A stretch of DNA of 64,000 nucleotides from assembly GCA_916438195.1 (NCBI GenBank), contig CAKAEQ010000001.1, forward strand, positions 1,732,900-1,796,899, given 5' to 3'. The first letter of the stretch is position 1; each line of letters opens with the position of its first letter. Both the position numbers and the translations under genes were made by a program. Below are positions 46,899 through 57,786 of the stretch, in pieces. The notes under the pieces were generated by a model that saw nothing but the letters and a program-made list of their open reading frames with translations, did not search any database and was not told where the DNA came from. Origin of the DNA: an uncultured Prevotellaceae bacterium (GTDB lineage: Bacteria > Bacteroidota > Bacteroidia > Bacteroidales > Bacteroidaceae).

Positions 46899-46968
46899 CC
46901 TTATTGCGCCCATCGGCTTCCTTATTCTGTCAGTCCATATCCTTATTCTGTCAGCCAGCACAATAAGG
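46899..46968. repeat. 21-bp-period array, copy F
   Basis: Boxes at 46899, 46920, 46941 (CCTTATT), 46962 (AATAAGG). Confidence 0.88.
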
Positions 46969-47052
46969 CGACCAGCGATTGTATAAATCGCTTGCTTTAA
47001 TCTTTTTTATATTTCTTTTGTTATATCTCACTCTTTTATATATATTTGCAAG

Positions 47053-47759
47053 CAACTTTTACCCGACTATTGGGTGGAAAGTGATTTTGTAGATCTCAAT
47101 GAATTAGTGGGTGCTCTGGGTATAACGCCGAACGGCATTGACAAATTATCTTTCAATTCTACGGTTCAACAAGTGGTGGCTCAATATGCAAAAGAAGACA
47201 ATGCCGGCACGAGCGAACATCCGGGGACAGATCCGTATTGGTACGATAGCAAAAGTGATTTATCTTATGATAAAGCTTTCATCTCCATCCCTGTGAAGAT
47301 TGAGATTGGATTTCCAGACAACATTAGCCGCCAAACCTACCGCACCGAACGCGAATATTATGAATACTTCTATTATGATCAAAAAGTGCCTACAGGCTAC
47401 GCTTTAACAACATAAAACCGAGTTATTTTGCTTTCGCTATTGGTAATGCAGGAAAGATGAAAGGCAAGATGAAAGACCTTTTCAGCAAAGTATGCGCAAA
47501 ATTCAAGCAAATGGGAACTGTTGTGAGAGAAAACAATGGGGCTGCTATCATCGCCATGAACAATGGTTGCACAGCCTTAATCTTGAAAGGAAAAACTTCG
47601 GTATCGGCTCTTTGGGGTAAGAATGATGGGATAAAGAATTTTGATATCAGCAAATACGCAAATATCAGCGAAGACACTACGTCAGAGAATTATTCCAGCG
47701 ATGTAGACACTGATTTTTCAGACACTACGGATTTAGACAGTGCAGCAACCATCGAGTGA
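47053..47759 (+). pseudogene. 5'-truncated hypothetical gene fragment (no convincing start; also an indel near 47405)
   Basis: Frame QLLPDYWVESDFVDLNEL.. opens just after promoter TATATTTG (47041) with no ATG or signal peptide; joins ORF 47457-47759 by adding one T. Confidence 0.5.
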
Positions 47760-47927
47760 AAAATAGCATCCTCCTCGATCAGAAGCAAAACGCTACGAAA
47801 CATTGAGAGCACATTGAGGCAAGAATCACGCCTTGTGGCCTAAAAATAAGGGATACTCCATTTAGAGCATCCCTTTGCTTTTATCTATCCGAAATATAGG
47901 AAATCGGCAGATAAGTGGTATGAGATT

Positions 47928-49120
47928 TCAGGTTAGAATATACTGGACGCGGGCCTGAAGCACGTTGACGTTCTTCTTCTCGAGGTCGAAGTTCTTCACC
48001 GTCACAAAGTGATAGTTGAGACGGAAGGTGACGTACTTGTTCAAGAAATAGGAAAGACCTACGCTGACATCGCTCATGCGACCAGCTTTGGAGAGATCGA
48101 CACCCGGTAAGCCGGCAGCAATAGCGGCCTTATTCTTAGCGTAAGCATCGCCATCGCGGAGGTTCAAATATCCATAGCCGAGCATAACTTCAAGGTTCTT
48201 GTTATCGGGATTGTCAACGCCAGAGCCTGCAAAGTTGTACTTGTAGTTACCTGGATTAACAACGATGCCACGTGCCGAAACATAGAAGCCGTCAGTATTA
48301 TAGCTGTTGCCACCTTCGCGAGCAATGTGTGACCAGTAGTACTGGCTGGAGAGCTGGAAGTTGCGATAGATACCTTGGAACTCAGCAGTAAACTTATTTC
48401 CCAACGTGCGTCGGTGAGGGTTACGCCTGTTGCCACGGTCTTGTCCACCACGGTGAGGTAGCGTTTGTTGTAGCCGATGGCAGCATGCTTGCCCTTAGCG
48501 GTAGCCTCAGCCTGCACACGGTTCCAAGAGAACCCCACGTGGAAACCATAATCCTGCGTCATGATGGGACGCCAAACGCCACGAGCAGCCAGCGTGTAGC
48601 CCTGACGGCCACTCTTGTCGGTGCTCTTTGTCAGCGCGGAGTTGTCAGCAAACGCACCATACTGTCCCCAGAAAGGTTTGTTGTAGATAGTGTGCATCAC
48701 ACCGATACGGCGGCCCACTTGATACACGTTTCCTTCTGGCTCGTCCATGTATTCTTTCTTAGCAGAGCTGTAAGCAGAAGAGAGACCGAAGGGCACGGTG
48801 TAGTAACCGGCACGGAGGAAGTTATTTTTCTGGAAACTATACTGGAGGTAAGTGTCCTTGAGCGAAACGCTATTGTTGGTATAGCTCAAATCGCCGCGGA
48901 AAAGCCATTTGCCATAAGTGGCCTTAACACCCACGCGAATATCACGAACAGCCACACCATCGGTGAGTTTGCCGTCCTGAGCTTCAGAAGCATCGTTTTG
49001 CCAATAGGAAGCAGCATCGAAGAGAGCGCGTCCCGTCATCTTAACGTCAAGCTTTTCCTGAGCTTGAGCAGCTACGCCGCAAGTGGCAGCAAGGGCGAGA
49101 GCCAATACTGATTTTTTCAT
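47928..49120 (-). CDS. OprO/OprP-like phosphate-selective porin, frameshifted near 48400
   Basis: Signal peptide; GRALFD, VRDIRVG, RAGYYTVPFGLS, FQLSSQY, GFYV, LQARVQY C-terminal strand. Confidence 0.75.
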
Positions 49121-49231
49121 ATATAGATATTGTTATTTTTTGTTATCCAGTGAATGTTGTTATCCTTTTTCTGAAAGGAGTACGGATAGTTTTGTAAAGA
49201 GCCGTCTCCTAAAGGGTTGCGAAGGGGGGGC

Positions 49232-50557
49232 TTATTCAGCGTCGTCCTCGATCTTGTCGTAAGCGCGGATAGCTTCTTTCAGACGCTTATTGAAATCGCT
49301 GAAGTTGTAGAGACCGTCAGCATTGCGAGTGAGGCCCTTGAAATTCAATGGGTAAACCATCGGTGGGTTCTTCAGGTTGAGCATCTGATTCTGGCGCAAC
49401 TGGTCGGTGGACTGATAAACGATGTTTACATCGCAATAAGTCTTGCCGTCTTTGCCTACCCACTTCTCGATAACTACCTTACTACCTATCGGAGTCTTCT
49501 TCTCGATACTGTTGGGGAGAGAGTATTCCTCCACGCCGAGGGCTGCCGTTACGGAAGCAATGTTAGAGTCGTGACCGCAGAGGAAAACGAACTTACGATT
49601 GTCAGAGTTCAGCTCGTCGTACATATACTGCAACAGTGGGTGAGCCACATTAACAGCCACGATGGGAGCTGCAAACAGCACATCGCCATAAACGTCCTTG
49701 ATTTTTGCAATCTTGGTCCAATCTTCCAGAGAGAGCTTGTTGCCAAAACCTGCCTTGATAGCATCGGGTTCTTCATAGTACTGCAAAATGAAAGCATCGG
49801 AGCAAGTGTTGGCATCCTTGAGAGAACCCTTCATGCGAGGTTCTTCGCCACGCTCCAGCAGAATCTGTGTGTTGTAGTTGTCGAAATCCTTGATACCACC
49901 CTTAGCAGCACCGGGAGAGTTTGCCAGGTCGAGCGTCTTAGCTGTGATAGCGTAAGCGTCTTTCAAACCTTCGTTGATACCTACGATACCTTTCTTGCCA
50001 CCCATAGCCTCGATTTCCTTCATGGCCTCAGCCTTGAAAGAGTCGCTAATCTTTGTGAGACGTGGGAAGAATATGGGGTCCATCTTTGAGGGTGTGTAGC
50101 GATGGTTCACATTCACGGAAGCCACGGGGAAGAATGCACCGGTGAAATAGCGCGCCGTAGCGATGCAACGCTGCATAGAGTTGGCGTAGATATTCACCTC
50201 ATCCGTCGTGGGCACGTAGTTCTCAGGGAAGAGTTTACTATCAACGGCCCATTTGCGGAAGTACTGGCCGAAGATGGTTTCCAGCACACCGCCCTTGAGC
50301 GTGAGTTGAGAAGCATCGGCCGACCAGTCGGTCCAGTGGTGAGGAGTAGCAGTTTCGAGAAGAGAGCCCTTCGTTGAAAGCGGGGCACGAATGTTGTGAC
50401 GACTTAGGACTACAACTTCCTTAAGCTCATAACGATTCTTGAAGTCGTCAGAACGCAATTTCTGAGCAACTGAAGCCATCGGAGCGAGCCACATCATCAT
50501 GGCTGCCATAGAAACATACAAGCTGCATCGCACGGATGATAAAATGTTTGTTTTCAT
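49232..50557 (-). CDS. Periplasmic histidine acid phosphatase (glucose-1-phosphatase/phytase Agp-like)
   Basis: Signal peptide; SRHNIRAP (RHxxRxP) and GHDSN catalytic motifs; TPIGSK; promoter TATATTTG on minus strand at 50638-50645. Confidence 0.88.
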   Translation of the reverse strand: MKTNILSSVRCSLYVSMAAMMMWLAPMASVAQKLRSDDFKNRYELKEVVVLSRHNIRAPLSTKGSLLETATPHHWTDWSADASQLTLKGGVLETIFGQYFRKWAVDSKLFPENYVPTTDEVNIYANSMQRCIATARYFTGAFFPVASVNVNHRYTPSKMDPIFFPRLTKISDSFKAEAMKEIEAMGGKKGIVGINEGLKDAYAITAKTLDLANSPGAAKGGIKDFDNYNTQILLERGEEPRMKGSLKDANTCSDAFILQYYEEPDAIKAGFGNKLSLEDWTKIAKIKDVYGDVLFAAPIVAVNVAHPLLQYMYDELNSDNRKFVFLCGHDSNIASVTAALGVEEYSLPNSIEKKTPIGSKVVIEKWVGKDGKTYCDVNIVYQSTDQLRQNQMLNLKNPPMVYPLNFKGLTRNADGLYNFSDFNKRLKEAIRAYDKIEDDAE

Positions 50558-50970
50558 TTTTAAAATGACTTTATTTTAGTTAAACAAAAAGAGAACACAG
50601 TCTGCCAAAACAGAAGGGTTCTCTAGGATTACGATCGCAAATATAAAGTCTACTTTGCAAAAACAAACAATAAATCCACCAATTTTAACATTTCAAAACC
50701 TTACCTTATAACTTTTTTGTAAGATTTCAAAATAGTCTTTAACAAAAAAAGAAAGGAGGAGGAAACAACAGGAGGAATGTGGAGTAGAACCGCAAAGAAA
50801 AAGTCCTCTTTTTTTCCTAAAAAAAGAAGAGCAACGGACTGATTTTGAAGAAGAAAAAGAGGCATGAACACACTGTCAGACCAGTTACCCCCATCGACAA
50901 AGAAGCTGAAAAATGGCCCCGCGGAGAACTACAACAGCCAATTTGCCCCATCGCGCCCAACAAGAGGCAG

Positions 50971-51012
50971 AAAAAAAGCTCCAGAAGTCAGCTGATAGAT
51001 GACTTCTGGAGC
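50971..51012 (-). terminator. Terminator of the imelysin/ccs operon
   Basis: A7 then GCTCCAGAAGTCA...TGACTTCTGGAGC (U-tract on the minus strand). Confidence 0.8.
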
Positions 51013-51047
51013 AAAGTTATCAAAAAAGTGGGTCCTTGCGCGAATAT

Positions 51048-51117
51048 CCTTATGGCGCTTGAAAATACAATAAAGATGTCAGCTGACAGAATAAGGCTAT
51101 CAGCCAACGCGCTTATT
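51048..51117. repeat. 21-bp-period array, copy G
   Basis: Boxes at 51048 (CCTTATG), 51069 (AATAAAG), 51090 (AATAAGG), 51111 (GCTTATT). Confidence 0.88.
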
Positions 51118-51128
51118 GCATTTTTCCC

Positions 51129-53381
51129 CTACGCATAGCTGTGCATTCCGCCAAGGACATAGTTCACGCCAAAATAGGTCATCACGATGCTGAGGAAAGC
51201 CACGAGCATATAGAGGTGGTAGACCATCGGGCGGCGGAAGGCGGGGAGGCTCTGCGTGTGGAGCACTACGGCATAAATCATGAAAGTGATGAGTGCCCAT
51301 GTTTCCTTAGGGTCCCAACTCCAATAGGCCCCCCAACTGATGTTGGCCCAAATGGCACCGATGAAAATGCCCAGCCCCATGGTGGTGATGGAGGGATAGA
51401 GGAACAGGCGGCTCAACACCTGCAAGGCTTCCAAGCGTTCAGCGCGCAAGTCGCGCTCAGCCTTCGAAACGGCGTTGCGCGTCAGGAAATGGATGATAAC
51501 GGCCGTGAGCGCACAGATGAAGGTGAGCGACAGCAGAGCGTAGCTCATCATGATGATGCTCACATGAACCGAAAGCAACGGTGAATTGAGTACGGGCATC
51601 ATGGGGCCAATGGCGGGGTCCATCTGATTGATGTGGCTCACCAAGAGGAAGAAGCCGCTCAGCAAGAAACCAAAGACGAGGACAATGCGGGCTTTGCGAT
51701 AGGCCAAAAGGCTCAGCAATTCCACGAACCATGCCACGGAGAGCATCGACTCATAGCCATTGCTCAACGGCACATTGCCCGAAACAATCCAGCGCAGGGC
51801 CAAACCAAAAGTGAGCCCTAAGAACGACACGCCTAAGAGGGTGAGCAGTGCATAATCGGCCTTGCGCGACACCGCTTTATCATCTTTTCGCATCAAGCGG
51901 CGAATGGTCAGGAACAAAGCCAGGAAACCCAGTGCGAGATTGGCCATAGCCAGTATCGTTGCGAAAGGCACCACGTTGTAGATGCGCTCGGCCTCCACCT
52001 GCGTGGGCGTGGGCAGACTCTTTCCGGCATTCTGCTGCTGAAAGGCGAGAATCTTATCGAGAACGTGGTTAGCTCCCGACACATTGCCCGAGGCAATCTG
52101 ATCGTAGAGCAGAGGGAAAGCGTTGCGGAAGAAAAGGATGTTCATCTGCCCCAGAGAGGACGGCAGACTATCGGCAGGACTATACCAAATGGTGTTAGCT
52201 CCCACGGTGTGGGGGAAGATGGTGAGCACACTCCCCTCTTGCAAATACATACACACTTGCAGTTTGGCGTCCATCTCAGCGCAGGCTTTATGGAGGGCAT
52301 CGGTCTGCCCCTCAGCATATTCATGGGCGTAAGGGCCGAGGATATAGTTGCCATCGCGGAAGAAGGAATGAACACTCTCATAGTCGGACAATCCGAAATG
52401 TTCGCGCAGTTCGCTGCTCTTCACGCGAATGATGGGCTCGTTGCGCCACTCGCGGGGGAAGAAGATCCAGCTCGTCAGCACCTGTTCGGGTGTGAGCCCT
52501 TCATAGGCGCGCTTGCCGTAGAGTTTCTTCACGTAGTCGCAAGCAAAGGTCTGAACGGGACAAATGCGGTTGTTGTAGTTGATGAACAGTCGGCCAAACT
52601 TATCGGCCGTGGTGCGGTCCACCGTGGTAGCGGCCTGGCTCGCAGTGGGTAGCATCGAGGAGGAAACCACCAGCGCCAACATGAGCGCGCCCTTGCGGAG
52701 CAGCGGACTCTTGAGGAGACGGCGGAATGTGGCTTTCGGATCAAGGAGCAACCAAATCAGCGAGAAGAAAAGGAGCGCGTACCCAAGATAGGTGATGGGC
52801 AAGCCCCAGGGATCGCTGTTCACACTGAGGTAGCTTCCGCGCGCATCGGTGTCGTAGCTGGCTTGATAGAAACGCACGCCGCGATAAGTGTACACTTTGT
52901 TCATCGACACTTGCGCAGGCTGATTCTTCGCTCCATCAATGATAACGAAGTTTGTTACATAGTCCGTAGGTGCCAGCGTTCCAGCGGTATTGACCACCTG
53001 GAAGCGGGAGAGTCGGACATAGAAAGGAAGGTCGTGGCTTTCTGTCTCAGTCATCGATGTCATCACAGAATACTGGTTCGTGGGTTGGTCGCCGCGCAGG
53101 TGTACCGTACCTTTGAAGGAAGTGGCGTGGGTGAGCCACGCACCCAACAATATCACAACGAAGGAGAGGTGGAGCAAAAGTAAGCTCCACTTTCTCATTC
53201 GGCGTTGCACTATATAGAGAATTCCAGCAGCAGTGAACACAGCCCACAAGAGGCAGAACCACCAGCTGCCATAAAAGTGCTGATTCACGAAGGTGGTGTC
53301 GTAGATGTTTTCAATAACTGTGATGGCAGCCAGCAACACTACTACCAGCACATATAGAGTTATAACTATTTTCTTTAGCAT
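51129..53381 (-). CDS. ccsA: Fused cytochrome c maturation System II protein CcsBA
   Basis: ResB-like N-part (LLLHLSF, SMNKV..RFYQASY); WWD domain GAIWANISWGAYWSWDPKETWA; VHVSII; GMHSYA. Confidence 0.92.
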   Translation of the reverse strand: MLKKIVITLYVLVVVLLAAITVIENIYDTTFVNQHFYGSWWFCLLWAVFTAAGILYIVQRRMRKWSLLLLHLSFVVILLGAWLTHATSFKGTVHLRGDQPTNQYSVMTSMTETESHDLPFYVRLSRFQVVNTAGTLAPTDYVTNFVIIDGAKNQPAQVSMNKVYTYRGVRFYQASYDTDARGSYLSVNSDPWGLPITYLGYALLFFSLIWLLLDPKATFRRLLKSPLLRKGALMLALVVSSSMLPTASQAATTVDRTTADKFGRLFINYNNRICPVQTFACDYVKKLYGKRAYEGLTPEQVLTSWIFFPREWRNEPIIRVKSSELREHFGLSDYESVHSFFRDGNYILGPYAHEYAEGQTDALHKACAEMDAKLQVCMYLQEGSVLTIFPHTVGANTIWYSPADSLPSSLGQMNILFFRNAFPLLYDQIASGNVSGANHVLDKILAFQQQNAGKSLPTPTQVEAERIYNVVPFATILAMANLALGFLALFLTIRRLMRKDDKAVSRKADYALLTLLGVSFLGLTFGLALRWIVSGNVPLSNGYESMLSVAWFVELLSLLAYRKARIVLVFGFLLSGFFLLVSHINQMDPAIGPMMPVLNSPLLSVHVSIIMMSYALLSLTFICALTAVIIHFLTRNAVSKAERDLRAERLEALQVLSRLFLYPSITTMGLGIFIGAIWANISWGAYWSWDPKETWALITFMIYAVVLHTQSLPAFRRPMVYHLYMLVAFLSIVMTYFGVNYVLGGMHSYA

Positions 53382-53383
53382 TG

Positions 53384-54482
53384 TTATTTTTCGTTATTCT
53401 GAATGTAGTCATTGGCATCAGAGAGGGCCGCCGTGAGTTGCTCAAAGGCCTTGATGGCTAAAGGCACAGAGGCGTCCTTGCAATGACTAACAAAAGGTTT
53501 GGGAATGGCCTCAAGCGATTTCTTGCAATTCACAAGAGCTTCCTCCACCTTCTGGCCTTCTGCTGCAGCATAGGAGGCAAAATAGGAATGGAAAGAGGCT
53601 GTGCCCTTCTTGAGCGGCGTACCATACCACACATTGGAGATGCTGGCAAGATTGCGCTCCAAATCGTCGAGCGAGGTCATGCTATATGGCGACTCAATAT
53701 AGGTGGAGTCGGAGGAATAAGGTCTGTTCAGCTTCGTGTAGGCTATCTCGTCGGACAGTCCGCCCATGCCGTGATCGCCCGTAAGGAGTGCGGCGGCTAA
53801 CTGCTTTGTGGTATAGGCCTTGAGCATATAGGTACGATAGTCTGACTCATCGGGAGCTGTATAGGGTAAGGCGTGTGTGCCCAACAATTGTTTCAGCTCT
53901 GTGTCGGCAGCAGTCCAACCACAACGGGCTTGTGCCAAGCGCAGGCGCAAATCGGCAATGAGCAACTGTGCATATTGGATTTCGCGGGCTGTCAAGGTCG
54001 CTAACATTGCGCACCTTGCCTTCGCGATAGAGGATGTATTCAAGTCCATGAAAACCTACGATGGATGATGGCAAACCGCTGACAGTTTCCAACTGGCTCC
54101 CACTGGTCATGAGTTGATCGAAGGATTGGTGATCGAGCGGCCATTTATTGATATCGGCATCAATATCGAAATGCGAATTAGGCCCAAGGAAGAAGGCTTC
54201 AGTCTGCTCATAGAGAAGACGCATACGCAGGAAGGTTGCAGCAGCTGTATTGAGCTGTTGTTGCGTAACTTTACCATAAGCCAAGGCATTGATTTGATGG
54301 TAGACTGTGTCTGCTGTGGCCGATGTCAGACTATTATAATAGTAGAACAAGTCCAGGTTGTGGGCCATGGCTTCTGCAAGCACTTCTGATTGCTTACCCG
54401 AAGAAGTTCCATTGTCATTACTGCAAGAGGAAAGTCCACAAGCTGCAAACAGTGATATAACGATTGTCCAAAAGATTTTCAT
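53384..54482 (-). CDS. Imelysin-like (peptidase M75 family) lipoprotein 2, frameshifted near 53993
   Basis: Lipobox LSSC; EQTEAFFLGP..IDADINKWPLD; GFHGLE (GxHxxE); YIESPYS. Confidence 0.85.
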
Positions 54483-54515
54483 TGGAGATAATATTAAGAG
54501 ATTAGAGTGATAAAA

Positions 54516-54611
54516 AGCTCCCTCTAGCTTCCTCCGGCAAAGGAGATACACTGGTTCCTCACATAAAGGCGGTAACGGAGTATCTTCCCTAGGAGAATGA
54601 TAGAGGGAGCT
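54516..54611 (-). terminator. Long (~96-nt) stem-loop with U-tract inside the operon (attenuator/processing site)
   Basis: AGCTCCCTCTA / TAGAGGGAGCT outer stem, GGAGATAC/GTATCTTCC inner stem, preceded by an A-run. Confidence 0.55.
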
Positions 54612-54637
54612 GTGAAACTTCCAGTTAGGAATCTAAA

Positions 54638-56367
54638 TTAGATAGCATTGATGAATGCTACAACGGCGTCGCGGTCGCTCTTTGACAAACGATAGAACTT
54701 CTGCGAAGCAGCGTAAGCATCACTTTCTTTGCTATATCCGTGCCACATGATGGCTTCTACAACGGTCTTAGCGCGGCAGTCGTGGAGGCGTGAACCTTCA
54801 CCCGTTTCTTGCGTGGAAAGACCACGACCCCAGAGCGGAGTGGTACGGCACCAACCAGTGCGAATATCGTTGACCATGTGGAGCTTGTGCTGAACCAAGT
54901 CGGTATAAGGCCAGATAACGGTGTTATCGTAAGTGGGGAACTTAGCGTTAGGATGTGTAGCTATATAAGCCTTGCTTGCGTTGTCAATCCAGATGTTGTC
55001 CTTCTTGATAGTCCAAGAGGGGCGATGGCAGTGCGTACAGCCCATCTGATAGAAGAGCTTCTTACCACGCTGCACTTCGGGATTGTCCAGATTACGTGCC
55101 TTGGGCACACCGAGACCACGGTGCCAAACGCCGAAGGAATAGTAGTCCTCATCGGTCATCTCTTCGCGACCGTTCCAAGGTGCGGCATTAACGATATACT
55201 TCTCATAGTCGGCGCGCATCTCAGGAGTGTTTCTGTTCAGACCGAGGAGCTTGTTGACAAGTGTCTTGATACTGTCTGTAGAACCGTCGCCATAGTAGGG
55301 ATGAAGCAGAGAAAAGAGAAGCTGCCGCCTTCTCTCTTGATGGCTTCAATCACATCAGCATCCTCGCTCATGGCCTTAGCCCAAGCTGCGGTGGTGTAGA
55401 GATAGTGACGGTCGGAACGGGTCACGTTGGTGATGTTCCATATTGCGTTGCCACCAGGGCCATCGAGCAATGTGGCGCGTGTCATACCGTAGGTGTATTT
55501 CTTAATACGTTTCTGACCATCTGCCAGCGTGTACCAAGCAGTGTTTGCCCAGTCGTTAGCGGCATGGTTCCACATGGCGGGGTTCAACTGAGCGAAGCGA
55601 GCTTCGCGCTGGTACTGAACGCGCATAGAGTCCTGACTGATGGCGTCGATAAGACCCGTACCATACATACCGATAGTGGATTCGAGGCGCACCTCATAGT
55701 TGGTGGGCAGCGGTTTGGTATTGAACGCTGATTGGGCTATTTGCACGTCAGGATAAGAGAGCTCGTAAGTTTCGCCATCAGGGAACTTATTGCCGTGCTC
55801 ATCCGTTGCATTCTTCCACGTAATGGTGATGCCCTTCTCGTCAACAGGTGCTTTGAAGGGGTGCATAGCCTGAGTTTGCGGCATACCCGTCACTTCTGTG
55901 ATGTAAGAGTTAGCAGCATAGGGTTTGCCGTTTCCGTCGACGCCTGCCGTTGGGTGATAAATCACGAGCAAGTAGCCGTTGCCCATCTTGTTAGCGCGAT
56001 ACTCGGTTTGACGCTTTCCGTGACCGTAAGAAGGGTGACAGAATTCGCAACCAGAGCGGACCCAAGCTGGACCAAGTCCCCAGAACGGACGTGTAAAGAG
56101 GTTGGCGTTGTGTTCAAAGAAATTCTCGCCATTCTTAAACGTGATATCCAAACCAGCCATCTCAACAGCGGGGGCAGGATTTGAATAGCAGCCCTGCTCA
56201 TTACTGGTGGTTCCTTTCTCACCTCCCGGCAGCCATTCGGCTTGCGAGAAAACGGCGAGGGAATCCTTGTGATAAGTGGGCGCTACAGGTGTGTCGGTAT
56301 TGTCCGAACAAGATGCTGCGGACAATGCGGCCATACCCATCAATAAGTAGGATGATAAATTTTTCAT
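54638..56367 (-). CDS. Di-heme oxidoreductase-family (DHOR) lipoprotein, frameshifted near 55310
   Basis: Lipobox AASC; GLGP..SGCEFCH and MGCTHCH heme motifs; PYTDL..H, RTTPLWGRG, LHDCRA..EAIMWH. Confidence 0.88.
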
Positions 56368-56455
56368 TGCATATTATTTAGGCGCGAACTCCCGCCTACC
56401 CTATTTAGGGTAGACGGGTATTCACACTGAGTTAGAATTTAATTACTTGTCGTTT

Positions 56456-57736
56456 TTATTTTTTCTTCTGCTGGATATATTCATCAGCTTCTCCGAGAGC
56501 CTTTGTCAGCTCATCGCAAGCATTGATAGCTGCCAGCACTTGAGCGTTCTTATAGTTGGCTACGAACGGAGCAGGGCAAGCTTTGAGCTTAGCTTGTGCG
56601 TTGTTGATAGCGTTCTGCACCTTTGTGCCCAATTCGGGGTTGTACTTCTTAAAGTAGCTTGCGAAGGACATACTGCTGCGCTTGTTGGCATCAAAGCCAC
56701 CGTTCCATACATTGTTTACGCTCTGGATGTTGTCCCAGAAGTCGGTCAGTGAGTTGTGAGAGAAAGGAGACTCGATGTAGTTAGGATCAGATTCTTTGTT
56801 CTCATCGTTCGTACCGAGACCGTAGGGCTTACCCATCTTAGTCTGACTACCTCGTCAACGATACCTACACAGCCGTGGTCACCACTGAGGATAGCGGACA
56901 CTGCACTCTTGATAGAAGTGTAGAGACTACCTACCTGTCCGGCTTTCTTCATGTTTTCGCCGTAAGTGATAGTAGAGCTGGGCATTGAAGTTTTTCTCTC
57001 TTGTGCTTCGAGAGCTTTCTTGTGAGCTTCTGTACCACCAGCCCAGCACACTTCGAGTTCGAAGATAGAATACTTCAGGTCACCTGCAACTGCAACAGAA
57101 TACTTCAGCTCATCAAGTGCATTGATGTCCGTGAAGTCAACGCCATCGTTGAAATTGTCGTTACCGCTGTTGAAAGAAGAAACCTTACGAGGAGCGCCAT
57201 TACGGAAGATAACGAACTCAACAGCGTGGAAACCGAGGAGGTTCTGGTTGAGGTTGTTGTGAGCGTACTCGATGTTTGCTTCGTCATCAGTGGTAGTGAT
57301 ATTCTTCAGCAGGTTGGGGCTTGACAGGAGGTTGTGGAGAGCCGTCAAGGTCAAGGGGCCAAGTGTCGATGTGCGGGTCGATGTTGTAGTCGCTGGCAGC
57401 ACCGAGCAAGAAGCCTTCACTCATCTCATAGTTAGCGCGCGTAGCTTTCCAGCTCTCGCAAGCCTTGTCTACCATAGCTTGGGTGGCTGTACCATTCTCC
57501 ACTGCATCGCGGAGGGTCTTCATCTGCTCGTAGAAAGTCTCTGCATTTTTAGCCATGCTGGCATAAGTGGGGTTGATCGTGTTGTCCACGTAAGAACCAA
57601 GCACCTTTTGCAGATACCCTTCTTCCTCAGTAAGCGTCTGAACATGGTCGGGATCATCGCTACTGCAAGAATTAAAACCGAGAACGGTTGCACTAGCTGC
57701 TGCAAACAGCATAGCATACATGAAAATCTTTTTCAT
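56456..57736 (-). CDS. Imelysin-like lipoprotein 1, two frameshifts near 57345 and 56845
   Basis: Lipobox FNSC; ACESWKATRANYEMSEGFLLGAA..IDPHIDTWPLD; GFHAVE; YIESPFSHNS. Confidence 0.88.
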
Positions 57737-57786
57737 TGTTGTGTAATATAAAAGAATTATTTTGTCTGTTGGAAATCACGCTTTCG

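Noticed and set aside
50845..51138. Short ORFs with IRMSAD-like heptads (also 32418-32606, 38437-38685, 59266-59569)
   Set aside because: These are translations of the 21-bp repeat (7 codons, stop-free); they lack consistent starts or shared flanking sequence.
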